From NCBI GenBank assembly GCA_963825055.1, contig CAWGSK010000012.1, positions 512,001 through 576,000 on the forward strand: DNA of 64,000 nucleotides, given 5' to 3'. Origin of the DNA: an uncultured Gemmatimonadales bacterium. Lineage in GTDB: Bacteria > Gemmatimonadota > Gemmatimonadetes > Gemmatimonadales > GWC2-71-9. The stretch's first letter is position 1, and every line of letters begins with the position of its first letter. Positions 1 through 12,547 of the stretch are shown here, piece by piece. Both the position numbers and the translations under genes were made by a program. Under the pieces are notes generated by a model. That model made no database searches, was not told where the DNA came from, and was given only the letters and a program-made list of their open reading frames with translations.

Positions 1-1
1 G

Positions 2-1162
2 AGAAAGCCGCGCGCTGCCGCTCCACCTTCCGAGCGCAACGCGATGTGGAAGGATGATTGCGCCCCGGAGACCAAGACCCTCCGTGGCAGCATCGTACGC
101 CGGACCGGACGGTGGCATGGGATCGCGCGCCCGCGTCCTGAGCCACTCCAGTGATCCCTCTCCTTCCAGATGCCTGCCGCCGCGCCCGCCGACAAACAGG
201 GACCGGTCACTGGCCCTCGCGCGGGGGGTCGGATTGGTCACGATACCGGGGATGCCCCGGTCTGAAGCGGTGGCCCGCACCGTGGCGGTGAACCCGCCGC
301 GCCATCCTCCGTGGAGGGACCAGCGGCTTCCATCGCTGTTGATCCGATCGGCTTCGCCACTGCCGCGCACGGCCGGCACGTCGTACCCGAAACCGTCAGC
401 GAAGGTCTCCCGGCGGAGCACGAGGGTCCCGCGGCCCATCGTAGCCGCGAGGCGGGCTGCCCCTGCCCCATGCGGTCCCACCGTGACCGCCGCTTCCGGC
501 GCGATATCCTGGCGGGTTTCGACGCGGAGTACGCCCGCGATGGCGCGGGAGCCTTCACGGGCCCCCTGCGCGCCGGGCTCGAGGGTCACCCGGGCTACGT
601 CGCCGGTCGAGAGGGAGCCCAGGTCGGCGCGCCCGGTGAGGGGATCGTTGGCCGGAAAGCCGTCGATGAGCACCAGCAGTTCATCAGGGGAACCGCCACC
701 GAGTTGCGGCGTTGCGGGGCCCCCCGAACCCGATCGCCTGACCACCAGCCCAGCCCACCCGTCCAGCGCCCGTCCAAGATCCCCTCCCCGGCCCCGGAGC
801 TGGTCGCCCGAGATCGCGAGAGCTGGCGCCTCGGGCTGCACAGTCACGGAATCGAGCAGCCATGTTGTGGGCATGAGGGCAATTGCCACCCGGGAATCCA
901 TCCCGGGCACCAGGTCGAGCCAGCGGCGGTCCGGCGCGTATCCGGGAGCGCGGACCACGATCTCCACCCGACCGGCGGGCAAGCCGCCAAACCGGAAACT
1001 GCCGTCCACATCGCTCGTCGCGGTCCGTTCACCGAGCCGGATCTCCGCATCAGTGATCGCGGCGCCGGTCTCGCCGTTGCGCACGACACCGCTCACCATG
1101 ACCGGCGACTGGGCCGCGGCCACACCGGCCCAGACCATCGCGAACAGGGGGAACCACCTCAC
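2..1162 (-). CDS. btuB: TonB-dependent receptor (BtuB-like) with carboxypeptidase-regulatory-like N-domain and plug; runs off the window start
   Basis: Absent from the ORF track because there is no stop in the window. Manual translation from GTG 1162 (GTGA overlap with the btuD stop) gives signal peptide MRWFPLFAMVWAGVAAAQ, then VSGVVRNGETGAAITDAEI...SDVDGSFRFGGLPAGRVEIVVRAPGY and plug motif ELLVLIDGFPAND...AIAGVLRVETR. Last gene of the B12-riboswitch operon. Confidence 0.8.
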   Translation of the reverse strand, partial: MRWFPLFAMVWAGVAAAQSPVMVSGVVRNGETGAAITDAEIRLGERTATSDVDGSFRFGGLPAGRVEIVVRAPGYAPDRRWLDLVPGMDSRVAIALMPTTWLLDSVTVQPEAPALAISGDQLRGRGGDLGRALDGWAGLVVRRSGSGGPATPQLGGGSPDELLVLIDGFPANDPLTGRADLGSLSTGDVARVTLEPGAQGAREGSRAIAGVLRVETRQDIAPEAAVTVGPHGAGAARLAATMGRGTLVLRRETFADGFGYDVPAVRGSGEADRINSDGSRWSLHGGWRGGFTATVRATASDRGIPGIVTNPTPRARASDRSLFVGGRGGRHLEGEGSLEWLRTRARDPMPPSGPAYDAATEGLGLRGAIILPHRVALGRWSGSARLS

Positions 1163-1950
1163 CTGCCGTCCTCGCCGGGCCGCAGCGGAGTCACCTGGGG
1201 GCTGCCGTCAGTCCAGGACTCGACCTTCACCGGCCAGCCGAAGACCCGCTCCATGGTAGCCTTCTGGAGCACCTCGACCGGCGGTCCCGCCGCCGCGAGT
1301 CTGCCTTCCGCGAGAAGCAGCATCCGATCCGCATAGCGGGCGGCCAGGTTCAGGTGGTGCGTCACCAGCAGCGCGCCCAGGCCTTCATCGGCGAGGCCAC
1401 GGACGAGTTCCAGCACCTCCATTTCATGCCGGACATCCAGCGCGGTCGTCGGCTCGTCAAGGAAGAGCACCTTGGGCGTCTGGGCCAGGGCGCGCGCCAC
1501 GCGCACCCGCTGCCATTCGCCGCCGGAGAGGGTGTCGATGGCCCGGTCGCGAAGCTCCCAGACATCGCATCGCCGCAGGGCATGTTCCACGGTCTCGCGA
1601 TCAGTCCGGCCAAGCGGCGCCACCGGCCCGGCATGAGCGTAGCGGCCAAGCATGACCGCCTCGCGCACGAGGAGCGGATAGAACACGGTCTCACGCTGGG
1701 CCACCACGCCCACCGTCCGCGCCAGGTCCCGGCGGGGCCAGGCACCGACCGGCCGGCCGAGGATGCGCGCTTCCCCCGACTCGAGCGACTGGGTGCCGAG
1801 GAGGGCCCGGAGCAGTGTGGTCTTTCCGCAGCCGTTGGGGCCTACCACAGCGAGCAGCTCACCCGCGGAGAGCGTGCACGACACGCCCACCAGCGCCGGA
1901 CTGGCCGCGCGTGGATACCGCACCGTGAGTTCCCGCGCCGCGACGATCAC
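1159..1950 (-). CDS. btuD: Cobalamin/Fe-siderophore ABC transporter ATP-binding protein
   Basis: Walker A GPNGCGKT, signature LSGGEWQRVRVARALAQ, Walker B LFLDEPT, H-loop HHLNLA; B12 riboswitch context. Confidence 0.88.
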   Translation of the reverse strand: MIVAARELTVRYPRAASPALVGVSCTLSAGELLAVVGPNGCGKTTLLRALLGTQSLESGEARILGRPVGAWPRRDLARTVGVVAQRETVFYPLLVREAVMLGRYAHAGPVAPLGRTDRETVEHALRRCDVWELRDRAIDTLSGGEWQRVRVARALAQTPKVLFLDEPTTALDVRHEMEVLELVRGLADEGLGALLVTHHLNLAARYADRMLLLAEGRLAAAGPPVEVLQKATMERVFGWPVKVESWTDGSPQVTPLRPGEDGR

Positions 1951-2924
1951 GTAACCGTGCGGCGCAGGAGTACGGCAAAGAGGGGCACGCCGACCAGCGC
2001 CGTGACCACGCCGACTGGCAGCTCCACCGGACGCACAACGGTCCGGGCGACGGCATCAGCGAGCACGAGGAAGGCGCCTCCTGCCACGAAACTGAGCGGG
2101 AGCAGCGAGCGGTGGAGCGGGCCGGAGATCCGGCGCACGGCGTGCGGGACTACGAGCCCGATGAACCCGATGATCCCGCAGGCCGCCACGCCCGCCGCCG
2201 TGAGCAGCGCGGTGGCTGTGTAAATGATGCGCTTGGTCCGCTCCACCTCGGTGCCGAGGTGCTGGGCCGTTTCCTCGCCGAGGACGAGCAGGTCAAGCGG
2301 CCGGGCGTGATAGAGGATGAGCCCGGCGGGAATGATCGCATAGAGGAGGAAGATGCCGGTCGCGGGCCATGACGCCGCGCCCAGTCCGCCGAGGAGCCAG
2401 AGGAAGGCGTTCCGGAGTTTGTCCGCGTCCGACAGCACGATGATCGCGCTCATCAGCGCGCCGGCGAACGCGCCGGTGACCACGCCGGCCAGGAGCAGGA
2501 TACGGGGGTCGAGGCGTCCGCCCGGTACGACGCCCAGGCGGTATACGAGGGCAATCGCCAGCAGGGCGCCGGCAAACGCCGCGATCGGAATGGCCCACGG
2601 GCCGCCGAGCCCGAGCGCGATGGCCACCACGGACCCGAGGCCGGCCCCGCCGGAGAGCCCGAGGAGGAACGGGTCGGCCAGCGGGTTTCGGATCAGGGCC
2701 TGGAGGGCGGCGCCGCAGAGGCCGAGGCTCCCCCCAACCAGGAACCCGAGGAGAACGCGCGGCGCGCGGATTCGGCGGACGATAACGGCCGCGGGCGCGG
2801 ACGGGTCGGTCAGTCCGGCGATCACCTCTCCCACGCTGAGCGGGACCGATCCCACCAGGACGGCCCCGATCATGATGACGACCGTTCCTGCGCCGAGGAC
2901 GAACGACAGCCGGACGCTCTTCAC
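1947..2924 (-). CDS. btuC: FecCD/BtuC-family ABC permease
   Basis: RAPRVLLG, RNPLADPFLLGLSGGA, IGFIGLVVPH, ELPVGVVTALVGVPLF motifs; start moved to GTG 2924, overlapping the btuF stop. Confidence 0.88.
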   Translation of the reverse strand: MKSVRLSFVLGAGTVVIMIGAVLVGSVPLSVGEVIAGLTDPSAPAAVIVRRIRAPRVLLGFLVGGSLGLCGAALQALIRNPLADPFLLGLSGGAGLGSVVAIALGLGGPWAIPIAAFAGALLAIALVYRLGVVPGGRLDPRILLLAGVVTGAFAGALMSAIIVLSDADKLRNAFLWLLGGLGAASWPATGIFLLYAIIPAGLILYHARPLDLLVLGEETAQHLGTEVERTKRIIYTATALLTAAGVAACGIIGFIGLVVPHAVRRISGPLHRSLLPLSFVAGGAFLVLADAVARTVVRPVELPVGVVTALVGVPLFAVLLRRTVT

Positions 2925-3805
2925 TCGCGGCTCCCGATTTGCTGCCGCAGCTCGCGGATCGCTTCCGGTGCGCGCGGGCTGGGCCGGCTGAAGGCGGAAC
3001 TGGTTACGTGCACGAAACGCCGTTCCCGGACGGCGGGCACGGCCTGCCACACCGGGCGCGAGGCGAACGCGGGCAGTCCCTCGGCGGACGTAAGAATGAG
3101 GTCGGGATTGCGGTCTACCACCGATTCCACGCTGACCTGCGCGGACGAGGCAGGCAGGTCGCCGAAAATGTTGCGTCCTCCGGCGCGTTCCACCAGCTCG
3201 CTCAGGAAACTGCCGGCCCCCACGGTCATGGGAGGCTCATCCCAAACGAGAATGAGGATGCCCGGTCCCTCCCCGTCGCGCGCCACCGATGCCGCTGCAA
3301 GCGCGCTGTCGAATACGGCGACGAGCGAGTCGGCGGCCGCCTCGCGGCCGGTCAGGACACCCAGGACGCGGGCCATTCTCGGCACGTCGGCCAGACGGTC
3401 GGTGGAAAGCTGCACGACGGGAATGCCAAGGTCGGAGAGGCGGCGGGCGGCCTGTGCGTTGGCAGTCGAGTGGTAGAGGACGACGAGATCGGGGTGGAGC
3501 CCGAGCACCGCCTCCAGGTTGGGCTGGATCCCGTCGCCGGCACTGGGAACATCCAGGGCGGCGGCGGGATAGTCATCCCACGCGCTCCGCCCGGCGACCA
3601 GGCTGTCCGCCCCGATGGCGAACAGCATCTCGGTCGTGGCGGGGATGAGTGAGACGATGCGGGTGGCGGGAGCGGCCAGCCGGAGGGTATCGCCGGCGTC
3701 GTCCACGACGACGCGGGCGCCCTGCCCCTGGTCCGAGGGTGCGCAGGACGCGACCAGGGCCAGGAGACATCCGCACAGGAGACGAGCCGGTGTCCGCATA
3801 CGCAT
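2921..3805 (-). CDS. btuF: Cobalamin-binding periplasmic lipoprotein (helical-backbone metal receptor)
   Basis: Lipobox LVASC; RIVSLIPATTEMLFAIGA, PNLEAVLGLHPDLV, RPSPRAPEA motifs; alternative starts at 3799 and 3814. Confidence 0.85.
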   Translation of the reverse strand: MRMRTPARLLCGCLLALVASCAPSDQGQGARVVVDDAGDTLRLAAPATRIVSLIPATTEMLFAIGADSLVAGRSAWDDYPAAALDVPSAGDGIQPNLEAVLGLHPDLVVLYHSTANAQAARRLSDLGIPVVQLSTDRLADVPRMARVLGVLTGREAAADSLVAVFDSALAAASVARDGEGPGILILVWDEPPMTVGAGSFLSELVERAGGRNIFGDLPASSAQVSVESVVDRNPDLILTSAEGLPAFASRPVWQAVPAVRERRFVHVTSSAFSRPSPRAPEAIRELRQQIGSRE

Positions 3806-3904
3806 ACCGCCCATCCCCGGGCTGGACGGAGATGGGCGGAGAAGGCCGGAAACGGCGAGCTCACGCCACCTTCCCTCCCCCGAGGGGTTACCGGTGGCGC
3901 GAAC

Positions 3905-4045
3905 GTGGAGGTCTCCTGGCTCCGGGCTCTCTCCGCTCGCCTTCCCGGTTTCCCAGTGGCATCGTGAGCGGGGTCAACACCCGTTACAGTGGCGGGGCCG
4001 CGCCGGACTTGCACCGGCTTCCGAGCATCCGCGTTCGCTTGCTTG
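3905..4045 (-). promoter_or_regulatory. Cobalamin (B12) riboswitch
   Basis: Minus strand reads GGAAGCCGGTGCAAGTCCGGCGCGGCCCCGCCACTGTAAC...GCCACTGGGAAACCGGGAAGG...GAGCCAGGAGACCT (B12 box), directly upstream of btuF; boundaries approximate. Confidence 0.93.
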
Positions 4046-4056
4046 ACTGCGGGAGG

Positions 4057-4085
4057 AGTTTACGCCGCGGGACGGCCCGGCGCAA
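4057..4085 (-). promoter_or_regulatory. Putative sigma70 promoter of the btu leader
   Basis: TTGCGC (4085-4080), 17 bp, TAAACT (4062-4057), just 5' of the riboswitch. Confidence 0.5.
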
Positions 4086-4099
4086 GCCGGGCCGTGCCC

Positions 4100-5155
4100 T
4101 CAAGCGGGAGCGGGAGGATTTCCTGGTCGGCCGCGCAGGAGCCAGAGCATGGCGCCGAGGAGAACCGCGCCCAGCGCCGCGACGAGGGCGGGGAGCACCC
4201 ATGAAGGGGCCGGGCCGGCCCCGCCCCCCGCAGGGAACGTCACTTCCAGTGTGGTCCCCGGCCCGGGCGCGCCGGTCCACCGGGTGAACGACGTGCCGGC
4301 TATGACCTGGCTGTCGGCCGGCGCCAGGCCCCTGACCCTGACCCCGGCTTCCTCGGCCAGGAGCGTCACCGCGTTGATACTGTCCGCAATGGGGATCCGG
4401 AAGGGGGACAAATCCGGAGGAACCATGTACTGGATGACGACCTGTTTTTCGCCGGGGGCGATCGGGGCGAACACGAGTGCGCTGTCGTCCCGGATGCTGA
4501 TGGCATCTGGCGAGAAATCGGCGTCCCCCACGGTCGCGCCCAGAACGCCGGGCGGGAGCGCCATGCCCCACGCCGCCGTGACCGTGTCGCGGCCGACCCG
4601 GGTCATCGTGCCGGAGTTGCGGAGTACGACGATATCCAGCGCCTCGCGGGCTCCGTCCACGTCGGGAGCGCGGAGCACGACATGGCGTGTGCTCGCGGAC
4701 ACCGGCTCCGTGCTGCTCGTGTCGCTGACGATCAGTGCGAGCGTCGGTGCGGTCGATTCGATGTCGATGGGATCGGAGAAGTAGGCGATCCCGTCGAAGC
4801 GGGCGCTGACGAGGTATACGGCGAGCGTATCCGGCCTGAACCGGAAGCGGAAACGACCGGCGGCATCGGTGCGGGTGGAATCGCGGGGCCCCTGCTTTTC
4901 CACGCCCACCTCGTGCAGGACTACCTCAATTCCGGGCACGCCGATGGAATCGGTGGGAGTGGCCCGGAGCACCTGCCCGGTGGCCGTGAGGGGCGACTGG
5001 GCGGCGAGCGCGGCCGGCAGCAGCGCCGCGCAAAGGGCGAGCGGGAGGCTACGGATTGAAACGGCCGAAGTCCTGCGGGTCCATCCGCTGCAGGTAGTCC
5101 TTGAGCCGCTGCGCTTCCTGGTCCGGGTCGTCACCGCCCTCGGGCTCCTCGACAC
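4100..5155 (-). CDS. Exported, C-terminally membrane-anchored hypothetical protein with carboxypeptidase-regulatory-like (Ig-like) N-domain; start uncertain
   Basis: Signal-like LPLALCAALLPAALAAQ, TRTDAAGRFRF motif, C-terminal TM helix WVLPALVAALGAVLLGAMLWLL followed by R. Confidence 0.65.
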   Translation of the reverse strand: MSRSPRAVTTRTRKRSGSRTTCSGWTRRTSAVSIRSLPLALCAALLPAALAAQSPLTATGQVLRATPTDSIGVPGIEVVLHEVGVEKQGPRDSTRTDAAGRFRFRFRPDTLAVYLVSARFDGIAYFSDPIDIESTAPTLALIVSDTSSTEPVSASTRHVVLRAPDVDGAREALDIVVLRNSGTMTRVGRDTVTAAWGMALPPGVLGATVGDADFSPDAISIRDDSALVFAPIAPGEKQVVIQYMVPPDLSPFRIPIADSINAVTLLAEEAGVRVRGLAPADSQVIAGTSFTRWTGAPGPGTTLEVTFPAGGGAGPAPSWVLPALVAALGAVLLGAMLWLLRGRPGNPPAPA

Positions 5156-5540
5156 TGCGCTCGTCGAGCAGGTCGTCGCTGGTATAGATGGGAGCGTGCA
5201 GGCGGAGCGCGAGCGCGATGCTGTCCGACGGCCGGGCGTCGAGCTGGAACAATTCCTCGTCCCGGCTCACGAGCAGCTCGGCAAAATAGGTGTTGTCCTT
5301 GACCTGGCTGATCACGACCCGGCGCAGCTGCGCCCCGAGCCCGACGACGAGCTGCTTGAGCAGGTCATGCGTCATCGGCCGGGGCGCCTTCACTCCCTGA
5401 ATGACCATCGCGATCGCGCTTGCCTCGGCCGGACCGATCCAGATGGGGAGGACGCGACTGCCATCCTTCTCCCGGAGAATCACGACCGGCGTATTGGTGG
5501 ACCGGTCGAGGCCGAGGTGCGCGACCGTAACCTCGATCAT
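5049..5540 (-). CDS. Bifunctional nuclease family protein (DUF151)
   Basis: LPIWIGPAEASAI, PRPMTHDLL, LDARPSDSIALALR. Confidence 0.9.
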   Translation of the reverse strand: MIEVTVAHLGLDRSTNTPVVILREKDGSRVLPIWIGPAEASAIAMVIQGVKAPRPMTHDLLKQLVVGLGAQLRRVVISQVKDNTYFAELLVSRDEELFQLDARPSDSIALALRLHAPIYTSDDLLDERSVEEPEGGDDPDQEAQRLKDYLQRMDPQDFGRFNP

Positions 5541-5543
5541 GGC

Positions 5544-8128
<2,585 letters not shown>

Positions 8129-8175
8129 GCGTGGCAGGTCCCCGGGGAAAGTCGCGTTGGGGACGCGCCCCGGTG

Positions 8176-10002
8176 TCAGCCCGGGGGCGTCGGGTCGTGA
8201 GGCAAGGTAGCCGGGGCCGACGGCGGCGGCAACATCGTAAACGGTGTCAGGAAGCGAGGATCGACGTGTTCGCGCACCACCGCGAAGACGGCCTCCCGGA
8301 CCCCTGGCGCCGAGGTCGCGCGGAGGGCCACGTCCGCGGCCTCGCGCGAGGCCGCGAGGGGCACGTTGCGGACGACCCAGTTGACCACGGGGAGGTCCTG
8401 GGGCGCGACGCTGAGGGACGTGTACCCCAGTCCCATGAGCAGCACGGCAGATAGGGGATCCGAGGCCATTTCCCCGCAGACGCTGGCCGGGATCTCCCGC
8501 GAACGGGCGACCTCGATCACCGTCCGGAGCTGCCGGACGACGGCGGGGTGGTGTACCTCGAACAGGGCCGAGAGACGGGCGTTCCCGCGGTCCACGGCGA
8601 GGGTGTACTGGGTCAGGTCGTTCGTCCCGACGCTGAAGAAGTCGCTGACGGACGCCAGCTGGTCGGCCAGGATGACCGCCGCGGGCGTCTCCACCATCAC
8701 GCCGACGGGGATGCTGTCCGCGGCGCGAATCCCCTCGCGCCGGAGCGCCGCCGCTTCCTCCCGCATGAGGGCGCGGCTTTCCTCCACCTCGCTCACCGAC
8801 GTCACCAGCGGCAGCATGAGCCAGAGGTCCCGATCCACCGCGGCGCGCAGCACCGCGCGCAGTTGCGGGCGGAAGATCTCAGGGCGGTCGAGGCACACCC
8901 GGATCGAGCGCCAGCCGAGGAACGGGTTGGCTTCAGCCGGGGCCTGGAAGGCCGTCGGGAACTTGTCTCCACCCAGGTCGAAGGAGCGGATGATCACCGG
9001 CCATTCCTGGAAGGCCACCGCCAGCCGGCGGAAATAGACATACTGTTCCTCCTCGCTCGGCAGGGTTGTGCGGCCCGTCACCAGGAATTCGGTGCGGACG
9101 AGCCCGACCCCCTGCGCGCCGTGCTGCTGCGCCGCGGAGATCTCCTCGGGAAGATCGACGTTGCCCATGAGGGCGATGTGATGGCCGTCCGGTGTGACCG
9201 ATGGCTGGTTGGCGTGCGCCTCGAGCTCGAACCCGAAGCGGTGCCGGCGGATCACCATCGCCTGGGCATCCTCGCGCTCCGACGCGGTCGGGTCCAGCAG
9301 GACCTCCCCGGTGCGCCCGTCGAGAAGGACCATGGTGCCGGTCTGGATCCGGTCGAGTGCGCCAACGGCTCCCATGACCGCGGGGATACCGAGTGAGTGC
9401 GCCAGAATGGCGGCGTGGCTTGTTCGGGTACCCTCCTCGCTCACCAGGCCGACGATCCGGTCCCGGTCAAGCTGCACGGTGAGTCCCGGCGCGATCTCAT
9501 GTGCCACGACGATGGCCTGGTGCTCCGAGGACAGCGCCCAGAGGTCCTCGTCGGCGCGCCCGAGGAGGTGGTTCAACATCCGGTACTGAATCGCCTTCAG
9601 GTCGGTCAGGCGCTCGCGCAACTGCTCGCTTGGTGAGTTTCCCCAGAGGTTCCGGCTCTCCAGCGCCTTGAACTCGAACGCGCTTTCCGCACTCAGCTGG
9701 TTCTTGCGGATCAGCAGTTCCACCTCCCGGATGAAGTCGGGATCCTGCGCCAGCAGGATCTGCGCGTCAAAGATCCCGGACTCCTCGTCACCGGCCCGCT
9801 GCCGCACCCGCTCGCGCAATTGGGCCAGGCCATCGGTCACCGCCTGGACCGCTGCGTGCAGGCGGGCGATCTCGTGGTCCACCTCCCCCGGCGTGACCGT
9901 GCGGTCCGGCACGTTGGGAATATCCCAGCGCACCACGATCGCCCGGGCGTACGCCACGCCCGGCGAGACGCCCACGCCGCGCAGGAACCGGTCGTCGTTC
10001 AT
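8176..10002 (-). CDS. ptsI: PTS enzyme I (PEP-protein phosphotransferase)
   Basis: TSHAAILA phospho-His, [35 protein letters not shown] 10002 overlaps the HPr stop. Confidence 0.95.
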   Translation of the reverse strand: MNDDRFLRGVGVSPGVAYARAIVVRWDIPNVPDRTVTPGEVDHEIARLHAAVQAVTDGLAQLRERVRQRAGDEESGIFDAQILLAQDPDFIREVELLIRKNQLSAESAFEFKALESRNLWGNSPSEQLRERLTDLKAIQYRMLNHLLGRADEDLWALSSEHQAIVVAHEIAPGLTVQLDRDRIVGLVSEEGTRTSHAAILAHSLGIPAVMGAVGALDRIQTGTMVLLDGRTGEVLLDPTASEREDAQAMVIRRHRFGFELEAHANQPSVTPDGHHIALMGNVDLPEEISAAQQHGAQGVGLVRTEFLVTGRTTLPSEEEQYVYFRRLAVAFQEWPVIIRSFDLGGDKFPTAFQAPAEANPFLGWRSIRVCLDRPEIFRPQLRAVLRAAVDRDLWLMLPLVTSVSEVEESRALMREEAAALRREGIRAADSIPVGVMVETPAAVILADQLASVSDFFSVGTNDLTQYTLAVDRGNARLSALFEVHHPAVVRQLRTVIEVARSREIPASVCGEMASDPLSAVLLMGLGYTSLSVAPQDLPVVNWVVRNVPLAASREAADVALRATSAPGVREAVFAVVREHVDPRFLTPFTMLPPPSAPATLPHDPTPPG

Positions 10003-10274
10003 GACTCGCCGAACCCGTCCGCCACCAGGCCCGCGAGCGCGTCGACGGCCGCCCCGGCGTCCTCGCCGGTCGCCCGGATGATGATGGTGCTGCCGCACTC
10101 CGCGGCCAGCATCATCACGCCCATGATGCTCTTGCCGTTGACCATGAGCTGGGCGTTCCCGATCTCGACGTGCGAGTCGAACTCGCTCGCCCGTCGTACG
10201 AGTTGCGCCGCCGGCCGGGCATGGAGCCCGAGCGGGTTCACGACGCGGACTTCGCGGCTTACCGAATCGCCCAT
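9999..10274 (-). CDS. ptsH: Phosphocarrier protein HPr
   Basis: GLHARPAA (His15) and GKSIMGVMML (Ser46 site). Confidence 0.95.
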   Translation of the reverse strand: MGDSVSREVRVVNPLGLHARPAAQLVRRASEFDSHVEIGNAQLMVNGKSIMGVMMLAAECGSTIIIRATGEDAGAAVDALAGLVADGFGES

Positions 10275-10993
10275 TGCCAGGCCAGGATCAGGAATAGGAG
10301 AAGGAGCCCATAGCGCGCCGGGGACAGCCGGGAGCGCGGGATGAAGGAAACCGCCACGCCGATGCAGGCCAACGCGAGCAGGATCAGGGGGGCCTGGAGG
10401 CGGCCCGCCCCGAGCAGCCAGTGGATCGTCACGGGGATCGCCACCCCCACCATGAACGCCGCGGCGCGACCGGCCCGCCGGGCAGCGATAGGAAGCCAGG
10501 AGCCGGTAATGACCGCCCCCACCCGGGTACCGGTGGCGAGTCCGGTGCGCAACGCCCACCACGCCGTGATGATGCGGGTCACGTTGTACACCACCAGGAA
10601 GGCTGCCACGGCCCAGATGCCGGCCCCGAACGCCACGGCGACCAGCATTGCCGCCGAGAGTGCCGGGAGCACGCCCGCCCAGAAGAGCTGGTCGCCGAGG
10701 GCCCCCAGCGGACTGCAGAGTGCCGTGCGCAGCCGTTCGATCTGTGTGCCGGGCACATGATCGTACTCTGCCCGCACGGAGGCACCGAGGGCGAGTCCGG
10801 CCAGGTACGGGTGGCAGTTGAAGAACGCGGCGCTCCGGGCAACCGCCTCGCGGTAGCGCTCCGGATCTTCACGCTCGAGATCAGCGAGCAATGGCTCCGC
10901 CGAATACCCCATCCCGAGGCCGAGCATCCGCTCGTAGTTCCAGGCGCCCTGCACCGAGAACAGTCGCCAGTAGGCGCTCAGTGTCCCCTTCAC
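10259..10993 (-). CDS. PTS mannose/fructose/sorbose family IID
   Basis: WNYERMLGLG, FFNCHPY, PLGALGDQLFW; GTG start at 10993. Confidence 0.9.
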   Translation of the reverse strand: MKGTLSAYWRLFSVQGAWNYERMLGLGMGYSAEPLLADLEREDPERYREAVARSAAFFNCHPYLAGLALGASVRAEYDHVPGTQIERLRTALCSPLGALGDQLFWAGVLPALSAAMLVAVAFGAGIWAVAAFLVVYNVTRIITAWWALRTGLATGTRVGAVITGSWLPIAARRAGRAAAFMVGVAIPVTIHWLLGAGRLQAPLILLALACIGVAVSFIPRSRLSPARYGLLLLFLILAWQWAIR

Positions 10994-11703
10994 AGCAGCA
11001 CCGCCAGCACCGTTCCGCCCGCCAGCCCGGCGGTGAACCATATGGCACGCCGCGTGCGACCGGCACTGCGGAGCGCCCCGCCCAGGGCAGCCGCAACCCC
11101 ACCTGCCACCGCCCCTCCGGTAAGCCAGTGGTACACCTCGCTCCCGCCCAGGGGGACGATCCAGACCAGGGACGCCATGGCGAGCCCGGCCGCGGTCACT
11201 CCCGCGCTGCGGGCCACGTCGCGCCACATCCCGCCCCAGTGGAGCCGGTCGATCACCCGGGGGTCGCCGGTTTCGATCGCCGCTTCCTGGCGCTGCATCG
11301 CGCGCACGTTGGCCCGGCGGAGCCGCCGCATCGCCCAGCCTCCCAGGAGTGCCGTAAGCAGCCCGATCCCCACGGCAACCCCACCCCCGAACCACGCCTC
11401 GAGGTCCCACGCGGCGTACACGGCAGCCACCGTGGCCGGCCCGTAATCGGGGTACTTCGTCGCTCCCACGGGCAGCACATCGAGCGCGTACAACTCAAGG
11501 ACGGCCCCGATGAACAGGCTGGTTCCGAGCACGGCACCCGTCGCGCCGGGGGCCTCGATCCATGCGGCGAGCAGTCCCGTGACCGCGGCCGCCACGATGG
11601 GGCGGGAGGCCATGCTCTGCGGCACCGACACGATGTCCACGCCGACCATCGTCCCCCAGACGAGGCACGCGAGGGGCAGCAGCAGGCCGGAGGCCTCGGT
11701 CAT
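10990..11703 (-). CDS. PTS mannose family IIC
   Basis: SRPIVAA, GAVLEL...PVGA...PD; hydrophobic; lies between IIB and IID. Confidence 0.85.
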   Translation of the reverse strand: MTEASGLLLPLACLVWGTMVGVDIVSVPQSMASRPIVAAAVTGLLAAWIEAPGATGAVLGTSLFIGAVLELYALDVLPVGATKYPDYGPATVAAVYAAWDLEAWFGGGVAVGIGLLTALLGGWAMRRLRRANVRAMQRQEAAIETGDPRVIDRLHWGGMWRDVARSAGVTAAGLAMASLVWIVPLGGSEVYHWLTGGAVAGGVAAALGGALRSAGRTRRAIWFTAGLAGGTVLAVLL

Positions 11704-12173
11704 CCGAGCGCCTTCAGCGAGACCGGCGCGGCGGTCGGCACATCCTGGGCGCTCACTTTCACGCCCTCGTCGGCCAGGTCATGGAGCGCGGCATATTCCT
11801 CGTCGGTCAGGTAGACATACGGCCGTCGTTCGGTACGGCCGGGCCGGAAGTGAATCCCGCCGAGGTTGACCCGCGGGATGAGGCGGGTGGCCTGCACCAG
11901 GGCCGACATGGTCGGGATGTCAGCCGTAAGGACGATGCCCCGGCGGCCGTCAGAGAGCCAGCCCGGGAGCTTCTCCACCGCCTCGGCGACGCTGCTGAAG
12001 ACGACGTCGACATCTGGCGGGACCGCCATGCGGTAGAGTTCCTGTTCCCATTCGCTCCCCCGCACCGCGTCGTCCACGAGTACGATGAAGTCGGCCCCCA
12101 GGGTGCGGCCCCATCCCAGGACGACCTGCCCGTGAATGAGGCGATCATCGATCCGGTACAGCACAATGGGCAT
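11700..12173 (-). CDS. PTS mannose family IIB
   Basis: RIDDRLIHGQV motif, VNLGG. Confidence 0.93.
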   Translation of the reverse strand: MPIVLYRIDDRLIHGQVVLGWGRTLGADFIVLVDDAVRGSEWEQELYRMAVPPDVDVVFSSVAEAVEKLPGWLSDGRRGIVLTADIPTMSALVQATRLIPRVNLGGIHFRPGRTERRPYVYLTDEEYAALHDLADEGVKVSAQDVPTAAPVSLKALG

Positions 12174-12547
12174 CAGGTCAGCCGGATGGCCCGGGTTCCG
12201 GTGTCCGCGGCGCGCGCGGCGGCCTCGTCCAGCGGCAGCGTGCGGTGAAAGACGAAGTCGAGCAGCATGGCGAGGTTTACTCCCGTGACGACGCGCAGGT
12301 TCTCCGTCTGGCGGGCGCGCGTCAGGGCCGCCACCAGGCAGGACCCGCTCGACATGTCGGTGAACAGCACCCCGGGATGCCCGTCCACCGCCGCGCCGAT
12401 GCGCTCCTCCAGCAGCGCGCGGTCGCAGTCGGTATTGGAGACCGGCACGAGCACGCCCTCCACCCCGGTGATCCGCGTGACCGCGTCGACCAGCGCCTGT
12501 GCCATGTCGCCATGACAGACCACGATGCCGTGCAGTTCACTACTCAT
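12173..12547 (-). CDS. PTS mannose family IIA
   Basis: IVVCHG, LFTDMSSGS, VTGVNLAMLL. Confidence 0.9.
   Translation of the reverse strand: MSSELHGIVVCHGDMAQALVDAVTRITGVEGVLVPVSNTDCDRALLEERIGAAVDGHPGVLFTDMSSGSCLVAALTRARQTENLRVVTGVNLAMLLDFVFHRTLPLDEAAARAADTGTRAIRLT

Noticed and set aside
54..1336. Plus-strand ORFs of 401 and 341 aa at the window start
   Set aside because: Antisense to the TonB receptor, which the track missed because it has no stop in the window
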